Virus record (IMG/VR): IMGVR_UViG_3300022217_000089
Coordinates: 1-41,611 of that record
Direction: 5' to 3' (one strand)
Origin: a virus
Lineage: Duplodnaviria > Caudoviricetes
DNA: 41,611 bases
Below, piece by piece: positions 7,831 through 15,587 of this stretch. The position numbers were made by a program, and so were the translations under genes. Position 1 is the first letter of the stretch. The number at the start of each line of letters is the position of its first letter. The notes beneath the pieces are model-generated. The model ran no database searches and was not told the origin of the DNA. It saw nothing but the letters and a program-made list of their open reading frames with translations.

Positions 7831-9212
7831 GCTTGCCTCCTTAGTTTTTTCTCTCTTGAAGCTATAACATACCGCGCCCAAGTATGAGGCGATTTATAAT
7901 TCCTTGCGAAACCCAAAGCCACAAGCTCGTCATAAGTCTTGGCTCCACCCTGCTCTCTCCGCTGTCGCCTCTTAAACGCCTCCTTGTCAACCTCGACGAG
8001 CTCTCCGTCCTTTACGTCCGGCATATTCTCTGAGGCCAAATAAGTATATCCGCACCCAGGGCATGTCGGTAGGGGCTTATGAACATAATAACAGACCGGG
8101 CATTGGCGTATGAATACCGACTGCTCCTGCTTTTTCTTTTTGCCTTTGCGCTTGTGCCCTTCCAACGTCCATTCCCTGTCCTCGTCTGGCAGGCCGTGTC
8201 GCATAGCGTTGCCGGCGTGATCGAGGATAGTGGCCTTTGAGCCGTCGGGCTTGACTCGCAGGGGACGGCCTACCTGCTGGAGATAGAGGCCGGTTGACTG
8301 CGTGGGCCGGAGCAGGATAGCAACCTGCATTGCCGGCAGGTCAAATCCTTCGCCCACGATATCGACGTTGCAGAGAACCCTCACGGCGCCGGTCCGGAAC
8401 CTGGCGATAATGTCTTTGCGCTCCGGTCTCTTTGTCGTGCCGTCAATGTGCGCGGCGGAGATGCCATTGGCCTTGAACTGTTCTGCGATATGCTGAGAAT
8501 GTTTGATGGATACGGCAAAGACGACTGCCTGCTTGCCGGGAGTAAGGCGCTGATAATGCTTGATGGCGTCGCCGGTGATTGTTCCGGTATCCATGATCGT
8601 TGCGAGCTCGTTGCCAGCGTAGTCTCCCATCTTGGTATGTATCTTTGTAAGGTCCGGCTTTGACGGCGCGTAGAGGTCATAGTCCGCCAGGTAGCCATGC
8701 TTAATAAGCCATGCTACCGTCGGCCCCTTGACCATTGAGGAGAATTGAGCCTCAAGTCCTCTACCGTCTAGTCTCTCCGGCGTAGCCGTAAGACCGACGT
8801 GCTTGGCGTCGCTGTAATAGCCATGAACCGTAGCCCAACTCTTGGCCCCGAGATGATGGCACTCGTCCCATACTACCAAATTCGGAGGCGCTACCTTATC
8901 ATAGCGTCTTGCAAGCGTCTGGATGGAGCATATCTGGACGGGTTGAAAGGGGTCTGGACGCTCGCCGGCGGCGATAAGGCCATAGGATATGCCAACTTCA
9001 TCAAAGGTCCGCGCGGTCTGCTCTATGAGCTCCGCTCGATGGCAAATAAAGAAGGCTCTGAGTCCCTTGTCACTTGCCCTGCCGAGCATGGTTGATGCGA
9101 GCACGGTCTTGCCGGAGCCTGTAGGAGATTGTAATAGAATAGAATTGTGAGACCGGAGCGCAGAGCGCGCGCCAGCAATCATATCCTCTTGGTAAGGATG
9201 GAGGGTGAACAC
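7827..9212 (-). CDS. SF2 DEAD/DEAH-type helicase with C-terminal zinc ribbon
   Basis: PTGSGKT, DECH, LTATP, QQVGRPLR, CPVC...CPGC. Confidence 0.93.
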   Translation of the reverse strand: MFTLHPYQEDMIAGARSALRSHNSILLQSPTGSGKTVLASTMLGRASDKGLRAFFICHRAELIEQTARTFDEVGISYGLIAAGERPDPFQPVQICSIQTLARRYDKVAPPNLVVWDECHHLGAKSWATVHGYYSDAKHVGLTATPERLDGRGLEAQFSSMVKGPTVAWLIKHGYLADYDLYAPSKPDLTKIHTKMGDYAGNELATIMDTGTITGDAIKHYQRLTPGKQAVVFAVSIKHSQHIAEQFKANGISAAHIDGTTKRPERKDIIARFRTGAVRVLCNVDIVGEGFDLPAMQVAILLRPTQSTGLYLQQVGRPLRVKPDGSKATILDHAGNAMRHGLPDEDREWTLEGHKRKGKKKKQEQSVFIRQCPVCYYVHKPLPTCPGCGYTYLASENMPDVKDGELVEVDKEAFKRRQRREQGGAKTYDELVALGFARNYKSPHTWARYVIASREKKLRRQA

Positions 9213-9436
9213 TACAGCGCCACGAAGTCTGCCGGATCCAGGTCAACCTTCATCTTCTTGGCCAACCTCATTATGGCCTTGTGATACTTGGCCGGTATGA
9301 TTCCGCCGGTCCCTTTGTCGGCCTTTGAATAGCCCCACTTGTAGACCGCAACATGACTTATCCCGAGCTTCTTGCTGAGAGCGAGCGCAGATATATCGAG
9401 CTTCTTAAGAACCTTCTGTATTGGTGTTGACTTCAT
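9212..9436 (-). CDS. Cro/CI-like HTH repressor
   Basis: ALALSKKLGISHVAVYKW...GTGGIIPAKY; ATG 9436 after AAGGGG. Confidence 0.75.
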   Translation of the reverse strand: MKSTPIQKVLKKLDISALALSKKLGISHVAVYKWGYSKADKGTGGIIPAKYHKAIMRLAKKMKVDLDPADFVAL

Positions 9437-9603
9437 GCGTCCCCTTTCTGTATTCGTAGATTGCAAGCCACACAAAAACTGTGCTCTACTTGCCTTGTTA
9501 TTGTTATAATTTTACCACAAGAAGGGCAACCATAATCATTGTCAGAAATATGCTTGCCTTGAACCGCAGGCTTGCTCATGGCTTCACGCAATACGTCGCT
9601 CAT
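9433..9603 (-). CDS. 56-aa zinc-ribbon protein (not in the ORF track)
   Basis: AAGGAGGT SD; MSDVLREAMSK...YGCPSCGK...FCVACNL; ATGA coupling to the Cro-like gene. Confidence 0.7.
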   Translation of the reverse strand: MSDVLREAMSKPAVQGKHISDNDYGCPSCGKIITITRQVEHSFCVACNLRIQKGDA

Positions 9604-9616
9604 AATTTATACCTCC

Positions 9617-9853
9617 TTATATAACCCTTAAATTGCGGGCTTCATTAAATGACATATTCTTCCTAATTTTTTGTTCTAATAAAAACACTCTTTGTCGTAT
9701 TGCCCTAGTTTTTAGTTTTTCTTGGCGATGATAATACTGTCGCCGACGATAATATTCTCTTACTTGAGCTCTCCAATACCATGTCCAATAATTACGTTGT
9801 ATGAAATCACTCATTATTCTAAGCTCAAATCTTGTTGTATCCTTAGCTTCCAC
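9617..9853 (-). CDS. hypothetical basic protein
   Basis: AAGGAG SD before GTG 9853; Arg/Tyr-rich; AT-rich DNA. Confidence 0.55.
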   Translation of the reverse strand: MEAKDTTRFELRIMSDFIQRNYWTWYWRAQVREYYRRRQYYHRQEKLKTRAIRQRVFLLEQKIRKNMSFNEARNLRVI

Positions 9854-9868
9854 GATTCTCCTTTTTAG

Positions 9869-9937
9869 TGGTGGGGGGCTAGGCTACCATCCATGAGTGC
9901 GCTTACTCAACGACCCTGCAACCTGTGTCCCCCACCA
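9869..9937 (-). ncRNA. long structured hairpin in the leader of the leftward replication operon
   Basis: Minus-strand pairings UGGUGGGGG/CCCCCACCA, AGGUUGC/GUAGCCU (G-U pairs work on this strand), UGAGU/ACUCA. Confidence 0.5.
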
Positions 9938-9999
9938 TGCCTCTATACGGGCATACAAGACCAATATTGCACACATTTAAGATTATGTAAAGAAAAAAC

Positions 10000-10028
10000 T
10001 TGACAAAAGGTAAAAGGTTTGATAAATT
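10000..10028 (+). promoter_or_regulatory. sigma70-type promoter for the recombination operon
   Basis: TTGACA (10000-10005), 17-nt spacer ending in TGn, TAAATT (10023-10028). Confidence 0.7.
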
Positions 10029-10052
10029 CTTAAATATCGAAAGGAGGAAGGA

Positions 10053-10310
10053 ATGAGCAAAGATAGGGCAGTAATATGTGATATTATTTCAGAAATGCTA
10101 GACAACCCCGATGAAGTCGGCATTTATCAAACAGGCAAAGCCTACGATAAACTGGAGGAATACATCAGGGTTGCACGAGGCGAGGGAGCATTACCATGTG
10201 AGGCTTGCGAGCTAGAAAAAGAATGCCATAACAATACTTTTGGTGGCAGAGTATTCACATTGTTACTCAATAATCCGCAGGTTCACACTTGTACGAAAGA
10301 AGAGAACTAA
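10053..10310 (+). CDS. hypothetical protein with C-terminal CEAC...HTC motif
   Basis: AAGGAGG SD; ORF track. Confidence 0.7.
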   Translation: MSKDRAVICDIISEMLDNPDEVGIYQTGKAYDKLEEYIRVARGEGALPCEACELEKECHNNTFGGRVFTLLLNNPQVHTCTKEEN

Positions 10311-10311
10311 C

Positions 10312-11268
10312 ATGCCCACAATATTAACACCGAAAGACAGAGAGGACTGGCTCGCTATGAGAGCCGAGGACGTAACCAGCACGGAGGTATCGGCGCTCTT
10401 TGCCGACCCCGTTACCGGCGCCAGCTTGAGCCCGTATATGACGGACTACGAGCTCTACCATATCAAGGCCGGTCTCACAGAGGATACCTTTGAGGAGAAC
10501 GAGCGCATGAAGTGGGGCAAGCGCCTGGAGGCTTCTATCGCCGCCGGTATAGCCGAGGACTTGGGCGTTAAGATCGAACCCTACAATCACTACGTCCGGC
10601 ACGACAAGGAGCCCCGCTTTGGCGCGAGCTTTGATTTCCGCATCATCGACCATCCAAAGGGCCTTGGCAATCTAGAGATTAAGAATGTCGATGGTCTGGT
10701 CTATCGCAACAAGTGGAGCGAGACCGAGGCGACGGACTATATCGAGCTACAGGTACAGGCTCAGATGGAAATAGCCGATATCGAATGGACCTTGATATGC
10801 GCTCTTGTCGGCGGGAATGAGCCGAAGTTTATCTACCGTGACCGTGACCGCGAAGTGGGCGCCGCCTTGTGTGATGCCGTCAGGGACTTCTGGATATTGG
10901 TAGATGCCGGTATACCGCTCGCGCCGAATTACGCAAGGGATTCAGACTTTATCGTAAGCCTTCACCAGAGCGCCGGCGTCAATCTCCTTGAGACCGAGGA
11001 CGAGGAGATGATGGACAGGCTCAAGTCTCACTACAATATCGGCCAGGAGATTAAGGCGCTTGAGACCGAGCGCAAAGAGGTAAAGGCTCGCATCATTGAC
11101 GAGGTAGGCGACGAGTACAACAAGGTTAAGGCCGGCAGATATACTCTCAGTTGTGGCATGACGAAAGAGACTCCGGCAACAGAGATAACCGAGGAGATGG
11201 TAGGAGAGTCCTACGGAGGGCGCAAGAGCTACAGAACCTTTAGAGTGACGGAGAAGAAGGGAGAGTAA
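10312..11268 (+). CDS. YqaJ / lambda-exonuclease family recombinase exonuclease
   Basis: REDWLAMR..VTSTEV, MKWGKRLE, GASFDF, LEIKN, YIELQVQAQM. Start at ATG 10312. Confidence 0.9.
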   Translation: MPTILTPKDREDWLAMRAEDVTSTEVSALFADPVTGASLSPYMTDYELYHIKAGLTEDTFEENERMKWGKRLEASIAAGIAEDLGVKIEPYNHYVRHDKEPRFGASFDFRIIDHPKGLGNLEIKNVDGLVYRNKWSETEATDYIELQVQAQMEIADIEWTLICALVGGNEPKFIYRDRDREVGAALCDAVRDFWILVDAGIPLAPNYARDSDFIVSLHQSAGVNLLETEDEEMMDRLKSHYNIGQEIKALETERKEVKARIIDEVGDEYNKVKAGRYTLSCGMTKETPATEITEEMVGESYGGRKSYRTFRVTEKKGE

Positions 11269-11272
11269 CAGC

Positions 11273-11515
11273 ATGACAGCTTCAAGGATTTATAAGGTAG
11301 AAGTAAAGCAGTTTGGCGATAGGAACGGCACACTTCATTACATCAGGGCAAGCTCAAGAGCACAGGCCGAGCGCTTTGCTATGTCGAGATACGTTACGTC
11401 TTGCGTAGCCAGTCAAGACGATATCATCAAGGCTTGTGAGGATGCCGTCGGCATCGAGGACGCCACCAGAAAGGAGGCCGCAGTTGACCAAAGAGAATAC
11501 CAAGACAAAGACTGA
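11273..11515 (+). CDS. hypothetical protein
   Basis: GGGAGAG SD; RIYKVEV...YIRASSRAQA. Confidence 0.7.
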   Translation: MTASRIYKVEVKQFGDRNGTLHYIRASSRAQAERFAMSRYVTSCVASQDDIIKACEDAVGIEDATRKEAAVDQREYQDKD

Positions 11516-12287
11516 GGAGAACAGCCTCGCCACTACCGAGCACGACGGTACGGTGGCGGGCTTTCAGGACGAGGCCGCCTTTAAATTCCTAAAGGAGCAG
11601 GGCCAAATCTTGGCAGGCTCAGGGATGGTCCCCGCGATCTATCAAGGCAAGCCGGCAAACTGCATCGTCGCCCTTGAGATGGCAAGCAGGACCGGCGCCA
11701 GCCCTCTTGCCGTCATGCAGAACCTTGACATCATCAAGGGTAAGCCGTCCTGGTCTTCCAAGTTTATCATCGGCGTTATAGAAAGCGTCAAGGGGGCCGA
11801 TGGCAAACGTAAGTTTTCAGATCTTCGGTATGTGCTCGAAGGCAAGAAGAACACGGATGAACGCTCCTGCTACGCATGGGTAACAGAGCTTGCCACGGGA
11901 GAACGCCTAGAAGGACCGCCGGTTACTATCGCTATGGCGAAGGCCGAGAAGTGGTATCAAAAGGACGGCTCGAAGTGGAAGACCATGCCGGAGCTTATGA
12001 TTCGCTATAGAGCCGCCGCCTTCTTTGGCCGGCTTTATGTGTCCGGAACGCTCATGGGCATGCTCTCTCAGGAGGAAGTCAGGGATATTACCGACAAGGT
12101 AGATGTCTTTGTCGAGCCCGAAGACGGTAAAACTCGCGTCTCCAGCATAGTAACAGGGCAGGCAACAACCGCTAAAGAGGCCGCTCAGAACGCTGAGGAG
12201 GCCGGAGAGGAGGCCGGAGAGGAGAAAGAGGCCGTTGATGCGGAGGTAGTCGAGAACAAGGACTCAGAGCCGGAAGACTTTATATAG
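11484..12287 (+). CDS. RecT/Redbeta-like single-strand annealing protein
   Basis: SGMVPAIYQGKPANCIVALEMA...LAVMQNL.II.GKPSW, KWKTMPELMIRYRAAAFFGR; acidic tail. Likely TTG start at 11484 after AAGGAGG. Located next to YqaJ. Confidence 0.8.
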   Translation: MTKENTKTKTEENSLATTEHDGTVAGFQDEAAFKFLKEQGQILAGSGMVPAIYQGKPANCIVALEMASRTGASPLAVMQNLDIIKGKPSWSSKFIIGVIESVKGADGKRKFSDLRYVLEGKKNTDERSCYAWVTELATGERLEGPPVTIAMAKAEKWYQKDGSKWKTMPELMIRYRAAAFFGRLYVSGTLMGMLSQEEVRDITDKVDVFVEPEDGKTRVSSIVTGQATTAKEAAQNAEEAGEEAGEEKEAVDAEVVENKDSEPEDFI

Positions 12288-12300
12288 TGGGATAAGGGAA

Positions 12301-12337
12301 GGGGAAGGCGCCGGCGGCTCAAACCGACGCTCTCCCC
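12301..12337 (+). terminator. GC-rich hairpin between convergent operons
   Basis: GGGGA-A-GGCG-C-CGG ... CCG-A-CGCT-C-TCCCC; no clear U-tract. Confidence 0.35.
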
Positions 12338-12363
12338 CAGGGGGGATGGAACATCAAGCCTGA

Positions 12364-14097
12364 TTATTCTAATACTGTAATAACACCCCTGGCCTTCATC
12401 CAAGAAGGCGGGGGTTTTTTAGTGTAAGACGCTGGTATAGTGATCTCACTTCTTGCCTGCAACAACCCTGCCTTTTTCTTGACATCTTGCTCTACAGCGA
12501 TTGCTATATTAAGTCTATCTATCTCACTCTGTAAAAAAGCCCTCTCGGTTTCTCTGCCTATTCGTATGTTCTCTTGATTGGTATCCCAGTCATGCGCGGG
12601 TATATTCTCCATCGTTATGAAAGTCTTTCCCGAGAGCCTTTCAAGCTCTCTGACTACACCCTCCATATCTACAGTAATCCTTTTCCCCAAAAACTTATTT
12701 GAGGTTCTATGCACCCAAGGAAATTCATGATCTACATCCACGGGCAGGCTGTTAAGATAATCCCCCGGGTGAGCCGTCAACTGTGTCTCGTTAGCGGCTT
12801 CATCCTCAACAAAAAGCTCTGAGCTAGAGCTTACATCCCTTGCGTGCATATGGCAGGTGTCAGCAGGGTTACTTGTCGGGGCTGTGCCGTTTTTAAATGC
12901 TAAAACTTTTTGTGAGCTTGCACCGAATGACGTTACTCCTATGCCTATATTGCCCGATGTATCAATCCTCAAATCTTCACCCGCCCCGGTCGTTCTAAAT
13001 GTCATAGCATTACTGCTATTGTAGTATATAATTTGTCCTGCGTTTATATCTGCTGAATCACCAAAGAGAAGCATGGAGTATCCGGTTAACCCAGAGACAA
13101 TACCTATACCCGCATTGTCAGCCGTATTACTATTATTATTAACCACTAAGCCTGTGCCGGGTATAGTAGTCGGAAGCGCGCCACTATCTAAGGCAACATG
13201 AACAGGGAACTCTGGTACTGTTGTTCCTATGCCCACGTTGCCCGCTTTGATAGTTAAATAAGTGTTTGCGCCGTTGCCCCAAGATTGAATATTATTATTG
13301 GGGTCCCGCTCCCACCAAACCTTTGTGTCGGTTTGTGGAGTATGAAAAGAGGCATCAACAGCTAAATGGTCATGCCACCTTGCCGTCGTCCAACTACTAC
13401 CCGCTGAATCTCTATATAAGGTATTAACCCTATATATTTGGTTGCCACCAGCCGTTCCGACTAATTGAGAAATTACTTGACTGTCTCCAAGCGTACTACC
13501 TAAAGATGTAGCCATTCGAGCCACTAAAGCACCATCGGCGACTCCAACAAAACCCCCAATTTCTAATCTCTTATTAGTATTATCCCATGAAAAGTCAGCG
13601 TTATTTTCTGTTAAGATTCCGCTCGAAATAAATGGAATAGAGCCGTTAGACATAGCCGATACAATGGCAATATGTGCGTCGATCATAGCATGGGTATTCG
13701 AACCACTATTTTTGATCGCGCCATGATTTATGCTGGCCTCTGTAAAGTGAAGTGTGCTATCGGCTATATGAGCATCAGCGATTGCATGACGATGTAAAGA
13801 ATCCGCGTCGCTATCGTCGGTTAGAGTGTTAAGCTCCGTCCCCGTAGCGGAAGTGTCGGAATGGGAGGCGACGGTATGGGCCTCATTGTGATGATCATCG
13901 GTTCCTATACTGCCCAACTCTGAATGGTCGTAATCCCCGGCGACGGCAAGGACCGCGCCGGACCTTCCGAAAACGGAAGTTACCGCGCCAGGGGCCGTGT
14001 CGACATTTGCGGAGATACGCTCGAAGTATAACTCCCACGCTGGCGATATTTGTCCCCTATTATTTAAAATTATAGGGGTTTTCGGTGGTGGCTCCAT
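12364..14097 (-). CDS. tail fibre / needle-like receptor-binding protein
   Basis: N-terminus PPPKTP...GQISPAWELYF; VTSVFGRSGAV; His-rich segments; GNVGIGTT and GNIGIGVT fibre repeats. Confidence 0.75.
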   Translation of the reverse strand: MEPPPKTPIILNNRGQISPAWELYFERISANVDTAPGAVTSVFGRSGAVLAVAGDYDHSELGSIGTDDHHNEAHTVASHSDTSATGTELNTLTDDSDADSLHRHAIADAHIADSTLHFTEASINHGAIKNSGSNTHAMIDAHIAIVSAMSNGSIPFISSGILTENNADFSWDNTNKRLEIGGFVGVADGALVARMATSLGSTLGDSQVISQLVGTAGGNQIYRVNTLYRDSAGSSWTTARWHDHLAVDASFHTPQTDTKVWWERDPNNNIQSWGNGANTYLTIKAGNVGIGTTVPEFPVHVALDSGALPTTIPGTGLVVNNNSNTADNAGIGIVSGLTGYSMLLFGDSADINAGQIIYYNSSNAMTFRTTGAGEDLRIDTSGNIGIGVTSFGASSQKVLAFKNGTAPTSNPADTCHMHARDVSSSSELFVEDEAANETQLTAHPGDYLNSLPVDVDHEFPWVHRTSNKFLGKRITVDMEGVVRELERLSGKTFITMENIPAHDWDTNQENIRIGRETERAFLQSEIDRLNIAIAVEQDVKKKAGLLQARSEITIPASYTKKPPPSWMKARGVITVLE

Positions 14098-14100
14098 TGA

Positions 14101-14532
14101 CTACCCCTTAAAAACCGAGACAGTTTTTTCTATAGACCTGCCGCCAAAGTAAAAGATAATTACGGTCTGCATAATATCCTTATGAATTTCAGTTAGCGCT
14201 ATCATGGGAAAGCCCATATATGGGGCCAAGACCGTCCAGGCGAATATCGCAAGAATAAGAAAGCTCCAAACTGGTCTGTGCGTAACCGTAAGCACCTTTG
14301 TCCAACCTGGAGCGTCTTTGCTTTCTTCGGCGGCGAGCTTCCGTGCGCCTTGTATGTCGGCTGTGGCGGCATTGGATTCTTCGACACCAATCCTGCGAGC
14401 CTCCAGCTTGAATTGTTCTTTCTCGGTCTCGCTCATGGAGGCGGGCAAGTAATGATCTATAAGCTTGTCAACGGTATTTCCTATGGCTTTGCCTATTGTG
14501 CTTTCTATCAGCTTGTCAACTATCGGTATCAT
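14101..14532 (-). CDS. holin (GTA-type 3TM-holin-like)
   Basis: ADIQGARK...RPVWSFLILAIF transmembrane segment, FYFGGRSIEK C-terminal motif; in the lysis cassette. Confidence 0.75.
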   Translation of the reverse strand: MIPIVDKLIESTIGKAIGNTVDKLIDHYLPASMSETEKEQFKLEARRIGVEESNAATADIQGARKLAAEESKDAPGWTKVLTVTHRPVWSFLILAIFAWTVLAPYMGFPMIALTEIHKDIMQTVIIFYFGGRSIEKTVSVFKG

Positions 14533-14778
14533 TTAGTCCTCCCTTTTTCTTGCGAGTTCTTTTATCCAGACATTGAATGTCGCCACTACCTCCGGGGGCG
14601 CTCCCTCAATACTTCCACCATAATCTAAAAGCAAGAGCGTGATACTATTTTCCATTGACTCGATCTCTGCCTTGACGATTCTAGCCTCTAGCCATAGAAA
14701 GACACCCCCTATGGCCAGAACGAGGGTTATAACGGTCTTAGCGTCGTTCAAACGGCTTAGTATGGTCTTTTTAGCCAT
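14533..14778 (-). CDS. membrane protein in the lysis cassette
   Basis: TAATG coupling to the endolysin; one TM segment VITLVLAIGGVFLWL followed by a coiled-coil-like stretch. Confidence 0.65.
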   Translation of the reverse strand: MAKKTILSRLNDAKTVITLVLAIGGVFLWLEARIVKAEIESMENSITLLLLDYGGSIEGAPPEVVATFNVWIKELARKRED

Positions 14779-15137
14779 TATCCACCGTACTCGAAATGGC
14801 CGGCATCCCAACCAACTTTAGTTTCGTAATCCTCTTTGGCCACACCAAAGCGCCCACCCCATCGTCCGCCTATCCGCTCCCATTCTTCGCCTATTATCCG
14901 GTACTTCTCTTTGTCAGTACAATACTTGCCATCAAAAAAGAGGTTGAGGTCAATAGCGAGCTTTTCCTGATGTCTAGAGAATCTTACTCGGCTTACGCCG
15001 TTTTTAACATGGATGGCCTGTTGCTCTTTGCTTCGCAGGACTTCGCCCAACGTAACTTCGTAGTCGCATAAGTGAATGAAGTCGATTATATGTGCTACCA
15101 AGTGAGAGAATTTTCTTTGTTTTTCGGACAACTTCAT
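14778..15137 (-). CDS. endolysin, M15 family (L-Ala-D-Glu peptidase-like)
   Basis: RSKEQQ, SRHQEKLAIDL (SxHxxxxAxD), RWGGRF, DAGHFE. Confidence 0.88.
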   Translation of the reverse strand: MKLSEKQRKFSHLVAHIIDFIHLCDYEVTLGEVLRSKEQQAIHVKNGVSRVRFSRHQEKLAIDLNLFFDGKYCTDKEKYRIIGEEWERIGGRWGGRFGVAKEDYETKVGWDAGHFEYGG

Positions 15138-15146
15138 GCGACCCCC

Positions 15147-15392
15147 CTACCCCATCTTTAAATTTTTTATCAGTTCAGAAAAATAAATATAAATATCCTT
15201 AAGTGCCCATATCGCCATCACGCCAGCAATATAGAGGACTATCTTGACTGCACTTTTCTTAGTGTTGATGAAGGTTTTAATTGCTACAATATCTTCTTGA
15301 GAAAGAGCGCTTCGTCCTGTCCGGCCATTCTGGATTTTACTTGCGACCCTATTGGAAATTTCTTCAAGCTGTTCTTCGCTTAATTCGCACAT
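15147..15392 (-). CDS. membrane protein (holin/antiholin-like)
   Basis: AAGGA SD; C-terminal TM segment IVLYIAGVMAIWAL; directly upstream of the endolysin. Confidence 0.6.
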   Translation of the reverse strand: MCELSEEQLEEISNRVASKIQNGRTGRSALSQEDIVAIKTFINTKKSAVKIVLYIAGVMAIWALKDIYIYFSELIKNLKMG

Positions 15393-15587
15393 AATAGTCC
15401 TTTCGTTTATGTCTTCTAATATTTATTCTCCAAGAGCTTGACTGTTAAATCAGCTACCGTTTTCGGACTCGGGCTAGGCTTATCCCTTTCGGACTTAAGG
15501 GCCACCATATCTACGGACAATCTCTTTGATCTCTTTTTCTCCCATGTAAAGGCTCCTTGTCGGATAACTTTTTTATTGCCGCACTAG

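Noticed and set aside
15393-15587. Possible small gene or spanin between tail fibre and lysis genes
   Set aside because: The SD-led ATG gives only 16 codons (MGEKEIKEIVRRYGGP). The longer open frame has no start codon near its 5' end and no lipobox. Support is insufficient.
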